From NCBI RefSeq assembly GCF_009914755.1, contig NC_060930.1: a stretch of DNA of 64,000 nt; one strand, 5' to 3'. Both the position numbers and the translations under genes were made by a program. Shown here one piece after another: positions 14,825-27,289 of this stretch. This DNA comes from the human T2T-CHM13v2.0 reference genome, Homo sapiens. The stretch's first letter is position 1. Each line of letters opens with the position of its first letter. The notes beneath the pieces are model-generated. The model ran no database searches. It was not told where the DNA came from and worked only from the letters and a program-made list of their open reading frames with translations.

Positions 14825-14974
14825 GCTGAGTGTGTTGGCATATGCCTATAGTCTCAGCTACTAGAGAGGCTAAGACGGGAGTCCAGGAGTTTGAGGCTAA
14901 AGTGAGCTGTGATTGAGCCACTGCAAGCCAGTATGGACAACAGCAAGACCCATCTCTTAAAAAAAAAAAGAAAA
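14825..14974 (+). mobile_element. Monomeric Alu (FRAM/FAM-like)
   Basis: Single diverged monomer with A tail. Perfect 18-bp TSD AGAATTAAATATTGAATA at 14807-14824 and 14975-14992. Confidence 0.9.
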
Positions 14975-15019
14975 AGAATTAAATATTGAATATATTTAAT
15001 GAAGAATCAGGTTTCTTTA

Positions 15020-16620
15020 TGAGTATTCATTTGTTAATTTTACAAAGATGTGCAAACTGTTGTATATACAAAGTCTAATAAGATATACTATTTTATTACT
15101 CCAAAGAGTGCATAGTCTGTAGGGGAGACTAATAAGTCAACAATTACAATAAAAATTGATAATATGGGTGATCATTGTTAGATAGGTAGACAGATACATG
15201 CTGTGAGGTCAGAAAGGAGGGTTGGTTACCTAACCCAGACAGATCGAGTCAGAGAAGGTTTTCTCGGAGTGGGGGTTGTCAGAATGAACAGGAGGTAAGC
15301 AGGTGAAGGGGCTGGGAGACCTTTCCTTGGCTGAGGGAGCTATGTTTGTATGACACATGTGTCTGTATGGCTGATGTTTCCAGGGAGGTAGTTGATGACA
15401 AGACATGAGATTGGTCAGGTATTCAGGAAATAAATTATGAAGGCAAAAGACTTTAGATTTTTCTGAAGAGTTTTAAGCAGAAAAGTGACCTTTAAGACTT
15501 CTGTTTTAGATCATTTTGACAGCAGCCTGGAGAGCAGGCCAGAGGCATGTGTGTGAATTGGTGGCAGAGAACTACGTTTGTGTTGTACTTCTGGTAATCT
15601 CAGTGAGAGATGATGAAGTCTTGAACTGTCAGCAATAGACAAAATGGAGAGATGGACAAATGCCAGAGTGATATGGGATTTGGAAGTAATCAGGCCTGGC
15701 CCCTGACTGGATATGAGGAATTGAAGAGAAGGAAGACTAAAGGATACCTCCCAGTTTTCTGGATTGGGTACTCAGGTGGTGGTTGATACCATTCACCCAG
15801 GTAGTAAATGCAGAAGGTGGTATTAGATTTGGTTGTGTTGAGTTTGAGGTACCTGAGGGACACCCAAGTGGAGAAGTCCTGCATAGACAGGTGCACCTGT
15901 AGCCTGGAGCTTTTAAGGGAGACTGGTGTTGGAAATACAAATATTTAAGAGACCTTGGTGTATAATTGGCAATTCAAGCCTATTATATTTGTAGGTAGAT
16001 GAGACCAAAAAAGGATATGTAGTAGAGGGAGGAGAGGGCCAAAGATGGAACTCTGGGGTTATTCAGTGATAGGGATGATGGAAGATCCTTAAAGAAGATG
16101 AGTAGGAGCGTTCATGGAGGTGGGAAGGCCAGAAGAGAGGCCACAAAAACTGAGGGAAGGCACAGTTCTGAAGAGGGTGCAACCAATGTGCAACCAATGG
16201 CGGCCAATGCCGCACAGAATTCAAGTAAGAAAAGCACTGACAAGTGGCTACTGGATTGAGTAAATAGGAGGGTATTGGTGACACTGTTGGAAATAGCTCC
16301 AGTGCAGTGGTAGAGCAGAATCCAGAATTCACTGGGTTGAGAGGTGAGAGGTGAATGGATGAGGAATTGCGAACAAGAAGTGTTTAGTGTTTATGGCTCA
16401 GTGCCTTCTTGGGAAAGAAGGATACAAGGCCGTGAAAGAGGGGGTTGTAGCTATGAAGGGAGGTTTGTCAAGAGAGGGGATGCTTTTTGTTTTAGTAGGA
16501 GAAATTATGTGCTGAAATGAGTGAGCCATGAGGCTTTGGCCTAGGCAAGAAAGCTTCTGCTTGCATCCACATAGGATGTGAGCAGGAAAGATGGATGCTG
16601 ATGCAATTAAGGTTGCATGC
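15020..16620 (-). mobile_element. Long L2 relic
   Basis: Purine-rich antisense L2 motifs (GTTGAGTTTGAGGTACCTGAGGGACACCCAAGTGGAG; TTCAAGTAAGAAAAGCACTGA). Confidence 0.7.
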
Positions 16621-17545
16621 ATGCTAGGAGGGGAGGAGGTGGGGATGGAGGGATTATTACTTGACCATTCTGTATATCTACATTATAAAAGATGGCATTT
16701 AAAACCACAACACTGGGCCATGTGATTTTTGTGGTGAAGAGACTAGCTTCACTACAAGAAATTTGGATGATTTATAAATCTCTAAACCCCAATGGGAGAA
16801 AAGTTATTATTTAATAATATCATAGATATTCACTTTTATTTAAAGAGTCTTGTTAGAAAACAAATTAGAAACTCCATGTACGATTTTTTTTGTTGTCGTT
16901 GTTCATCAGTGAGAAGGTTTGTTTAAATTATATCCCTGTCATTGGCATTTTGGAACTTGAGGACAACAGAACTGTTACAACAGGAATTTTAGAGCCAATT
17001 TTGACCACAGTGAAGTGGCTGTGAAGGCTGAAGGCCAAGAGCATGATTGATTGGGTGATTAGAATTCTTTTTAAAGCAAATTAGAGGTGGCAGGTCTGCC
17101 ACAGGTGAGAAGTACTGCAAAGAAATGAATCTCATTATTAGATAAAACTTCTTAGATCATCAAAAAAGAAGTTTAATGTTTAAACTTAAACACACACACA
17201 CATACACACACAGCACGAATGACCTGCATGTGAATTCCTGTTTGTGATTATTATACAACCTAGCATCTAGCCTGATGTTCTGTATAGTTATAAATAATAA
17301 AGAGGTATGTTTTATAGTTAATTCAGGAACAGGTGCCCTAATTGTGAAATACATTTATCAGTTCAGTTTAGCCACTTATTGTATTTGGGGTCTTCTTGAT
17401 GATTTAATTTGTGACTAGGCATTTGAGTTTCGGATCCTTGGTGTAAAAGGAGGTGGAGGGGAAGGAAGGAAGCCAGGACCAGTGTTTAGAAAGGGAAAAG
17501 AGGAGTAGAGGACAAAGAATGGAGAATGATGTGTATGTGGTGGTG

Positions 17546-18294
17546 TGTAGGGGAAACTCTCTAACTGCGTTTTTCCTCTACTCTTCACACTACAACAATC
17601 ATCAACACAGAAGAAGGCTTCTGTGGCCAAATGTGTGGGTTTTTTCCCCATACACCAAGTGGCAGGCACCGGTTGGATGTCCTCTAATTCAGTTCTGACA
17701 CTCTCTACCCAGAGATAGTGTCAGATCCCACAGGTTGAGGGCCCAGTCCCCATGACTGTCCCCCTCGCTCCCTGACAGTCACAAGTCCTGGCCTCTTGAA
17801 CTTCTGACTGATGACTTCCTCTTTGGGTGTGGTTAATTTTCTGGAGAGGCTCACGGGACTCAGGGGAAAACTTATGATTACTGGTTTTTTATAAAGGATA
17901 TTGCAAAGGATACAGACGGAGAGACGTGCAGGGCAAGGTATAGGGGAAGGGGTGTGGAGCTTCCATGCCCTCCCTGGGTGTTCCACCCTCCAGGGACCTT
18001 CGTGTGTTCAGCTATCAGGAAGCTCCCTGAACCCTTTCCCCTTGGGTTTTTACGGAAGCTTCATGACATCAGCATTCCTTCCCCCAAAGTATAGGGTGGG
18101 ACTCTCTCATGGAAGGGTCTTAAGACCCACTATCAGAAAGCTGAGGGAACATACAGTCAAAGGAGGGCAGGAGGTCAGAGGCCTGCCCCTGAGGCCTAAA
18201 ACACCCAACATGGCCTAACACACCCACAATAAGGGCTGTGGGAGTTATGAGCCAGGAACTGTGGGCAAAAACCAATATACCTCTTAACACCACA
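17546..18294 (-). mobile_element. MER21-family LTR
   Basis: ACTCTCTACCCAGAGATAGTGTCAGATCCCACAGGTTGAGGG and GGGAGTTATGAGCCAGGAACTGTGG; TG...CA ends. Confidence 0.8.
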
Positions 18295-19169
18295 GATCGG
18301 GGGTGTGTCTCAGTCTTGGAGAGTGGCACGAGGCAGCAGTCTGTGGAGAGCTAGGATTTCTCAGGAACTAATACACGCTACACACCAAGCTATGTGCCGT
18401 CATATACGTTATATCCTCACAATAACCTAGCAAGGTGAGCAGTGAAATTATTTGAAGTTTCAAAGGAAGAAATGAAAGGAGGTGAAAACATATTTTTAAA
18501 AGATCTTTTAAAAGTAAAGAAAAATAGTGATGATGATTTGTGTTAGAGTTAGAAATTATTTCAATTGTAGCTCATGGTGTTATTCTAATTTTTTTTTTGA
18601 GTCTTAGGTGTTTGAGTCAAAAGGGCTAAAATTGGCTTTGAAGCTGGTAATCTGATGCTAGCTGAACTCTCCTTTTGTGTGTGCTTGGAAATTTAATAAT
18701 AAAACGTTTTAAAAAGGATCAAGCAAATAAATAAAATAGTCTTGGTAATGATAAAAATGAGAGAATATTTATGAATAGCAAGGGGACTTTCTTCTCTCTT
18801 CTGTCAGATTTATAGGATAACCATAGTCTTTGAAACTATTTTTGAGCCAAAATTATTAACAAGCCATTTTGGAAATAAAGACAGTAGAATCGGTTGTTTT
18901 TAATGGGTTGTCTTAGCTTTATATAAGGTGAAGACTCAGTTCAGAAATAGGTGGCTTCTTCATCTTCATCCTGTTGCAGTGGGAGTTTTCTCTAAATGAA
19001 GGCGTGTTTATTTATGCTGGAAAGAAGCCCAGGGCTAGAAATGTTTTGTCGCAGAAGGTATATAGCTCCAAGGGGGAGAATCAGAGTCTAGGCAGTGAGC
19101 ATCTTTTCACGTAAAACACTGTGGCAGGGACCGTGGGGAGCTACAAAGGTGGGAAGGTAAGATAGCAGT

Positions 19170-19261
19170 GATACCATGGAGGGCTTACTGTGTGCCAGGC
19201 GCATGCTAAACACTTCCCGTATGTTTAATCCTCACTGCAACTCTAGGAGGTAGGTACTATT
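19170..19261 (-). mobile_element. MIR (left part, split by L1MB)
   Basis: GCTTACTGTGTGCCAGGC...TTTAATCCTCAC...TAGGAGGTAGGTACTATT. Confidence 0.7.
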
Positions 19262-19328
19262 CTTTCTCATTTTTTAATTTTTATTTTTAATTGCGGTGAA
19301 ATGTACAAACATAAAAATTATCATTTTG

Positions 19329-19359
<31 letters not shown>

Positions 19360-20269
19360 GAGACGAAGTCTAGCTCTGTCGCCTGGGCTGGAGTGCAGTG
19401 GTGGGATCTCAGCTCACTGCAAGCTCCGCCTCCCGGGTTCACACCATTCTCCTGCCTCAGCCTCCTGAGTAGCTGGGACTGCAGGTGCCCATCACCACGC
19501 CCAGCTAATTTTTTGTATTTTTAGTAGAGATGGGGTTTCACTGTGTTAGCCAAGATGGTCTCGATCTCCTGACCTCGTGATCCGCCCGCCTTGGCCTCCC
19601 AAAGTGCTGGGATTACAGGCGTGCGCCACTGTGCCTGGCCTATTTTGGCCATTTTTAAGCATACAGTTCGCTAGCATTAAGTACATTTATGGTCTCATGT
19701 AACCATCACCACTACCCATCTCTAGAACTTTATCATCTTCCCAGATTGAAACTTCGTACCCAGTAAACACGAACTCCCCATCCCCTCTCCCCCAAGCCTC
19801 TGGCAACCACCATTCTACTTTCTGTCTCTGAATTTAACCACTCTAGGAACTTCGTATGAGTGGAATCATACAGTATTTGTCCTTTTCATCTGATTTATTT
19901 CAGTGAGCATAACATTTTCATGGTTCATCCATGTCGTATCATGTGCCAGAATTTCCTTCCTTTTTAAGGCCGAGTAGTATTACATTGTCTGGATAGAGCA
20001 CACTGTGTTTCTCCATTCATTCATCAGAGGACACTTGGGTTGCTTCTACCTTTCGGCTATTATGAATAAGACTGCTGTGATCATGAGTGTACAGATATCT
20101 TTTCAAGATCCTGCTTTTAGTTCTTCTGGGTACAGACCCAAACGTGGAATTGCTTGATCATATGATAATTCTATGTTTAATTTTTCAGGAACCTCCATAC
20201 TGTTTTCCACAGTGGCTGTACCATTTTACATTCCCACCAGCAGAGCACAGGGGTTCCAATTTCTTCACA
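19262..20269 (-). mobile_element. L1MB 3' fragment (interrupted by AluY)
   Basis: T-rich tail, GCATTAAGTACATT...GGAATCATACAGTATTTGTCC...CATTTTACATTCCCACCAGCAG. Confidence 0.88.
19332..19640 (-). mobile_element. AluY
   Basis: Diagnostics TGCAAGCTCCGCCTCCCGGGTTCACACCATTC and GTGTTAGCCA...CTCGTGATCC. Long pure T tail. TSD ATTTTGGCC at 19323-19331 and 19642-19650. Confidence 0.95.
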
Positions 20270-20400
20270 TAGGAGATAGGTAATTATTTGTCCTTCACTG
20301 TTACAACAGCGGAGGAAGGGTAGCACAGAGAGGTTAGGTGAGCTCACATAGCTAACATGTGCAGACCTGAATCTGAATTTGACTCCAGAAGCTTACCTCC
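20270..20400 (-). mobile_element. MIR (right part)
   Basis: CACAGAGAGGTTAGGTGAGCTCACATAGCTAA...TGACTCCAGAAGC. Confidence 0.65.
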
Positions 20401-20534
20401 TGTGACATACAGGTAAGGTGAGGCACAGAGAGTCCAAGGGGCATGACTGAGGGCCCCTGCCTCATAGCATCAGTGATTCAGAGCCTGCCTTCAGAGTTCA
20501 TGTTATGAAGGATTCGTAGAGTTCGCTCTTTTTA

Positions 20535-20977
<443 letters not shown>

Positions 20978-21732
20978 TTAAAACATCGTCTTTAAAAAGT
21001 CTGTAGTATCTTTGATTTCCCTTTTATTTAAGATTTTTGGGTAAAATTTTGCCTTTAAATAATTTAAAGCAAATATGCGTTGGTTCCTGTGGAGTTTTTA
21101 AAAACATCTCCACTCTACCCATTCCCATCAGAAGTTTACTTTTAAATAAAACCAAGCAACAGTATCTAAAGCTGGATTTAGGTTAGGGGAAGCCCGGAGG
21201 GCATCGATGGTAAACACTGAGGACTTTGAACATTTAGATACAGTGAATGTTGCAGCTTTATCAACAGAGGAGCAACAGCTAAGAAACTTACACATTTCTC
21301 TGTATTACTTTTGTGAAGAGGATATGCATTTTCCCTCAGAGTCACAGTGGGGCTGCATGGCCTTGTGAAAATAGTGCTGCCCCTGGATGATGCTGGTCTG
21401 CTGGGCCTGTGTGTCACTTCATGTCACTGTCTGTCTCCACTGCTTCTTGTATTGTTGTCAGGGAGATGCCCCTTGAAAATACAGACTTAGTGGCTTCCTG
21501 GACCCTGCCTCATCGGGGTTGCATTTTATGGCTGGGAAGCCTGGTTGTACATGGTCCTCAGCCCCACTCCTGGGGTTGGGGGTGGGTGGCTTGTACAGTG
21601 CACCATCTTAGCTGGTGGTTTTAGACAAACACTTGCTTTAGACAAATGCTTCTTGTCCCAGCATATCAAGGGCCCATGATCTTGCAAAGAGGAACTCTGA
21701 TTCGGAAGGTATCTTTAGACTAATCTCTAATT

Positions 21733-21912
21733 CGGTGGTTCCCAGCTATGGCAGTACACTGCAGTCCACCTGGGGAGCTTAGAAAAACAATGATGCTAGA
21801 GTCTCATGTCCAGAGATTCCAGTGTAACACATTTGATGTGGGCCTTGGTCAGTGGGATTTTTAAAAAGCTTCTGAGGTGATTCTAATGTGCCATCAAGAT
21901 GTGGGACCACTA
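21733..21912. mobile_element. MER5 (hAT-Charlie MITE)
   Basis: GTGGTTCCCA...TGGGACCACT terminal inverted repeats; CACCTGGGGAGCTT and GGTGATTCTAATGTGC. Confidence 0.75.
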
Positions 21913-21984
21913 CTGTAATTTCTTTTTAATACCTTGTTCTTTGGGCTTTAAATAAGATTTTTACTGTCAAAAAATACAAAAATA

Positions 21985-22082
21985 CCAGGAGGTGGAGGTT
22001 GCAGTGAGCCGAGATCGTGCCACCGCACTGCAGCCTGGGCAACAGAGCAAAACTCCATCTCAAAAAAAAAAAAAAAAAAAAA
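21985..22082 (+). mobile_element. 5'-truncated Alu (3' end only)
   Basis: CCAGGAGGTGGAGGTTGCAGTGAGCC...poly-A. ATACAAAAAT present on both flanks. Confidence 0.88.
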
Positions 22083-22807
22083 GATACAAAAATGTCTTGT
22101 CTTTTCTTAGGGTGTCCTTATTAGCTGAGATTGCTGAAATTTATTCCTCACATATGAAGGGAATTTCTTCTATTTTGTTAATTTGTGGTGGAAGATCATT
22201 TTTATGTCTTTATAGAGTATGTTTTTATATTGAAATGATATAGTGTGGGTTGCTAAAATATAGATCTAGTTTATTCTGCAGAGCCTTGCGTTTTGGAAGA
22301 TAAAGAGCAACTGTTTGCTTGCCTAGATTTCAGTACAAGCTTTAGCTCACTTTGGGTTTTGATGGCAGTTTCATTTTATAAACTGAAGACTATACTATGT
22401 AGACATCTGTGCTGATATTTCTGATAGTTCCTGAAGGTTTCTCATTTAGACTGTCATCTCCTCTGGCGAACATAGTTATAATGCTTCCTACACTCCTGTG
22501 TATTTAAACACTTACCCTTATTATTAAATTAGAAAATCTAGGTGTATCTTTGAACCATACAGTCAATCTGAGGGTTTTTTGGTTTCAAGGAATGCTTTGT
22601 CTGAGCCCCTTCTGGGCCCCTGGGATTTGTTTAAAATTACAGAGCTGTATCGGTGTAATCTTTTCTTCTATAACAGCAATGGCTGTCTTGGACTGTGGCT
22701 TTAAGCTTATTCGGTTGAAAGTTCATCAAAGTTTGGAGATGACACTTGGGGTTCAGGGGAAACAAGTATTCTCTTGGCCTTGCTTTTGTTTAAAAGATGA
22801 GTTTAGA

Positions 22808-23057
22808 TGTGCCATGTTGGTTTGCTGCACTCATCAACTCGTCATTTACATTGTGTATGTCTCCTAATGCTATCCCTCCCCCAGCCCCCCACCCTCCAAG
22901 AAGCCCTGTTGTGTGATGTTCCCCACCCTGTATCCAAGTGATCTCATTGTTCATTTCCCACCTATGAGTGAGAACATGCGGTGTTTGGTTTTCTGTCCTT
23001 GTGATAGTTTGCTGAGAATGATGGTTTCCAGCTAAAGGACATGAACTCATCCTTTTT
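22808..23057 (-). mobile_element. L1PA 3'UTR fragment
   Basis: GCTATCCCTCCCCCAGCCCCCCACC...CCCACCTATGAGTGAGAACATGCGGTGTTTGGTTTTCTGTCC. Confidence 0.9.
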
Positions 23058-23859
23058 GCTAGTTTTCCAGTTTACAGATTATAGGACTTCTCAGTCTCGA
23101 TAGTCACATAAGCCAATTTCCATAATAAATTCCTTTATCTATTAAAAAAAGATTAGATATAAAATTTTAAATATTTGCCTTTTTTATTTATATATGAGAG
23201 CTCTGTCAGTAGTTGGAGCAGAAAGTTTAGATGTCAAATTTAAAAATGTTTTCATTTTTTGTTTTTTATTTACCTATGATTTTATTTATCTATGAGGACT
23301 CTGTGAGTAGTTAGAGAAAGGATGTAGGATCCCTGGTAGATTTCCTGCTGTGTATCTCTTAGAGCCCTCACTGAGGGCAGAAAATGATTGGATTACTCTG
23401 GTGGTTGAGGACAAGAACTTCTTACCTGCTCCAAAACCTTTTTTGATATAGGTAGAACAGAGACATATGTGTCTCTGTGTGTACATGTAAGTATATATAA
23501 CATAAGCATGTCCAAATGTTATGTCTGTTTATAGTCATACACAGCTGCTGATTCAGAGTGACATAGTGGAAATTCTTCCTGACCTTTGACTTGGAAGGGA
23601 CATCTGATGGTGATCCTTATTTTGTTTTTTTTCAAAGAGAAGCACATTTGGGTTTGATATGGCATTCACATTTAGATAATTTCATGACGGTTGTGGGGAC
23701 TGGGAATGTAGCTCTCTTCTCACTTTTATGCAGATTTTTCCCCTTAGTTAATTACTGAGGTGACAGGTGTCTGTGTGGAGATGGTGGGTGGGGCAGGGGA
23801 CACTGTTGGATGAGAGAGACAGATTGCTTAGATAACAGTCATGGGCATCTGGTCATTTC

Positions 23860-24215
23860 CTTTTTCTTTCTTTCTTTCTTTTTTTTTGAGACAGGGTCTT
23901 GCTCTGTTGCCTAGGCTGGAGTGCAGTGATGCCATCATAGCTTAGTGCAGCCTTCATCTCCCAGGCTCAAGCTACCCTTCTGCCTCAGCCTCCCAAGTTG
24001 CTGGGACTATAGTCATGTGCTACTTATACCTGGCTAATTTTTTTTATTTAAAAAAATTTTTTTTGTAGAGATGGGGTCTTGCCATGTTGTAAACATGGGG
24101 TCTTGCTGTGTTTTGTAGAGATGGGGTCTTGCCATGTTGCCCAGGCTGGTCTCAATCTGCCTGCCTTGGCTTCCCAAAGTGTTGGGATTACAGGCGTGAG
24201 TCACCATGCCCAGCC
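23860..24215 (-). mobile_element. AluJ with internal duplication and deletion
   Basis: Antisense Alu. TSD CATCTGGT(C/T)ATTTC at 23846-23859 and 24217-24230. Confidence 0.92.
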
Positions 24216-24388
24216 ACATCTGGTTATTTCTGAAGTCCTAGAAAATGAAGGCTGTGCTTACTGGGGGTGGGAGGGAGTGTTTGGGGGGCTCTTGGATCAA
24301 TTGGTATGATTTTTTTCTAGTCTGTAGTCTTTTATTTTTCTTCTCTATAATTATTATTCTCTGGTTGTTGACCTCCAGGGTCTGGTTA

Positions 24389-24694
<306 letters not shown>

Positions 24695-24990
24695 TCAAAG
24701 CCTAGCCCACTGTTTTGCAGAAGGTGTTCTGCCAGCCCCATTCTTATCTCCAACCCACCTACCCCATCTCCTGGATCAAAGCCAAAATCATTTCTAAGGG
24801 AAGCAATTGTGAAATCATTCCCTTCTATCAAGAGCAGTTTGCATTGTCTCCATGCAGAAAGTGTGCAGTTTAATATATTAGGGTGGGTTGCGGAGTGGCA
24901 ACTAATATCAAACAATTTTTTTTTAAACTAACATTCTAGTTTTATTGAAAATGAGTCCAGCCTGCTGGGTGACAGAGTAAGATGCTATCT

Positions 24991-24994
24991 CACA

Positions 24995-25046
<52 letters not shown>
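24991..25046. repeat. (CA)n microsatellite, about 28 units with one TA interruption
   Basis: Direct reading. Confidence 0.97.
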
Positions 25047-25048
<2 letters not shown>

Positions 25049-25334
25049 GAAAATGGGGCTAAATTGGTGGACCCCACACAAGTAAGGGTTATGTCAGATG
25101 ATTTTGGTGAACCATCCTTCATGTTGGGAATTCACTCAATAAAACAGATTAAGAAGACTTGGTCCCTACCCTCTTAAGAACTTACAAGGAGCTCCTTATG
25201 TTGTTGGTCATTTATCTTCTTAGCCATGCACTTTTCCAGTTACCAGTCATGCCCACCTACCCTCTTTGTCACTTACAGACTCCAGGTGACAGTCTTCCCA
25301 CATATTGGAACACTTCTACTTCAGAACTTTCCTC

Positions 25335-25560
25335 TAGAGCTCTGCTCCCCTAAGTTTGGTCCTAGGAACAGCAGAATCTCAGGCGCCATCCAAACCTGTG
25401 TTGTTGTGTTGTTTAACAAGACCTCTAGGTGACTTCTGTCTGCAAAACATGTTAAGATTCAGATTTTATTTCAGTAGGGCTTGGTGGGGACTGAGATTCT
25501 AACAGGCTTCCAGGCAGTGCCCATGTCGGTCTGTGCACCACGTGGTAGATAGCAAGGCTT
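25335..25560. mobile_element. MER5A-like relics
   Basis: GCAGAATCTCAGGC...TTTAACAAGACCTCTAGGTGA; TTCAGTAGGGCTTGG...TTCTAACAGGCTTCCAGG. Confidence 0.5.
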
Positions 25561-25694
25561 TGCTGTCCAGAGAGATTACATCTCCCTTGTGTCAGAGAGT
25601 CGCAAAGCTGCTTGGGTTATCGGATGACATGGGATGACATAGGCTAATCAAGTACCTCTGGCCTTGGGGAGTTGAAGTTAAAAAAAAATGTGCC

Positions 25695-25890
25695 TGGTTA
25701 TTATGTGCTAGCACAGTTCTCAGAGCTTTACTTGCACACTGAATCCTCTCCTCAATCTTAGGAGGTGGACACTATTACTATCTTTTACAGATGGGGAGAT
25801 GAGGCACAGGGAAGTTAAGTAGCTTGAGCAAAGTCACATGAACTAATGAGTGAAAGAGCAGGGCTGTGAACCAGGCAGTGTGGCTTCGGT
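25695..25890 (-). mobile_element. MIR
   Basis: TTTTACAGATGGGGAGATGAGGCACAGGGAAGTTAAGTAGCTTG...GTCACA. Confidence 0.75.
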
Positions 25891-26164
25891 ACCAAGGTAT
25901 GAAATTACTGTGCACTTCCTGACTGTGTGGGGGGCTATAACTGTTGGCAGGGAGAGTCGGCTCACGGTGCAGAAATGAGAGTGTTTTGGTTTGGGCAGTG
26001 GAGTGGTTCCAGAAGGCACGCTGAGTTCAGGACTGAGATCAGCATAAGGAGGGCTGAGCAACAGAGAGCGGGACTGTGTGGTTCATGTTCGATGGACAGG
26101 GTTAGTGGAGGAAGAAGACACACAGGGTGCCAGCTGCTGAGGAACGAGAGTAAATATAGCAAAC

Positions 26165-26360
26165 TTTTATTAAGCATTCATAAGTGTCAGATACTGGGGT
26201 TTACATTTGTTGTTTCATTTGACCCTTATAATGATCCTGTGGTGCAGGTACAAATCTTTTAGAGAAGGAAACCGAAGTTCAAGAGAGTAATTCTCCCAAG
26301 ATCATACAGGGAGAAGAGTAGCTTAACTTGAATTTTAAGTCAGTGCCGTCTGATTTCACA
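26165..26360 (-). mobile_element. MIR
   Basis: AGGAAACCGAAGTTCAAGAGAGTAATTCTCCCAAGATCATACAG. Confidence 0.55.
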
Positions 26361-27289
26361 ACCTGTATGTGAAGCTTCTTTGCCCTGCTGCTTCCCTGGC
26401 AGGGACTCAGTGGGGAAGTGAAGGTATAGAGGAGAGAAAAGAACTTGAGCATTGACACTAGGGTATAAAGAGGTGCCTGGACATAGAGATGAAGGGCAAG
26501 AATGCAAGAGCAGCACCTGGGACTGACTGGTTGAAGCTGGACTGGAGATCTCTGAGATTTTCCTGAGTGGGACTGGTGCCTGGACTGGCACAGGGCTGAA
26601 GCTGCACGTGGGGCTAAATGGCCCCAAGGTGAAGTCGGTTGCCATCTGCTGGTTGAGGCTTGTTAGGGCTGAGCGCACACCTTTACCTCCTGTGTCTTCA
26701 TCCTTGTGTCAGCTCGGGAGAGCCGCTCCTGCCCTCCCTCTGAGCCTGCCCTCCCCACGACTCTGTTTCTTAGACAAATGTGTTTGCGGCCACGCTGGCT
26801 GCTCCCCAAGCCCCCTGCTTCTCTGAAAGTGAAAAGTTGCTTCTGCTTGCCTTCCTCCATCTTTGTGATTATTGCATTTCTTGCCACAGACATTTCTCAT
26901 TGCTCCCAATGTGAAAATCTGGGCTTGTGACTTTAACCAAATGATTGTACAGCCCCATGTGACCTCAAATAAATTTTTTAAATGGATAACTAAGCTGACA
27001 GTATGTGAAGTGCGCCCGGGGAATTCTCTGCCTCGGGATGCTCGTAATGAAGGGAATTGACTGGGGTTAGCAGATGGACACTGCTCATTTTTTGGCAATC
27101 ATTGACCAAGTACGCAACACCTCCAGGTGGCTCTCCGTGGACTGCTCTGTGTGGCTCAGCCCATGATGCCTGTGCGTCCGTAGAATGCTAATGGTCCCTC
27201 TTCCTCCCTGAGTAACATAGCAGGCTGCATGGTCTGGTGTGGCTCTGTATCCTTGAGATCAAAGCATGCATATCATTTTTAAATAAAAG

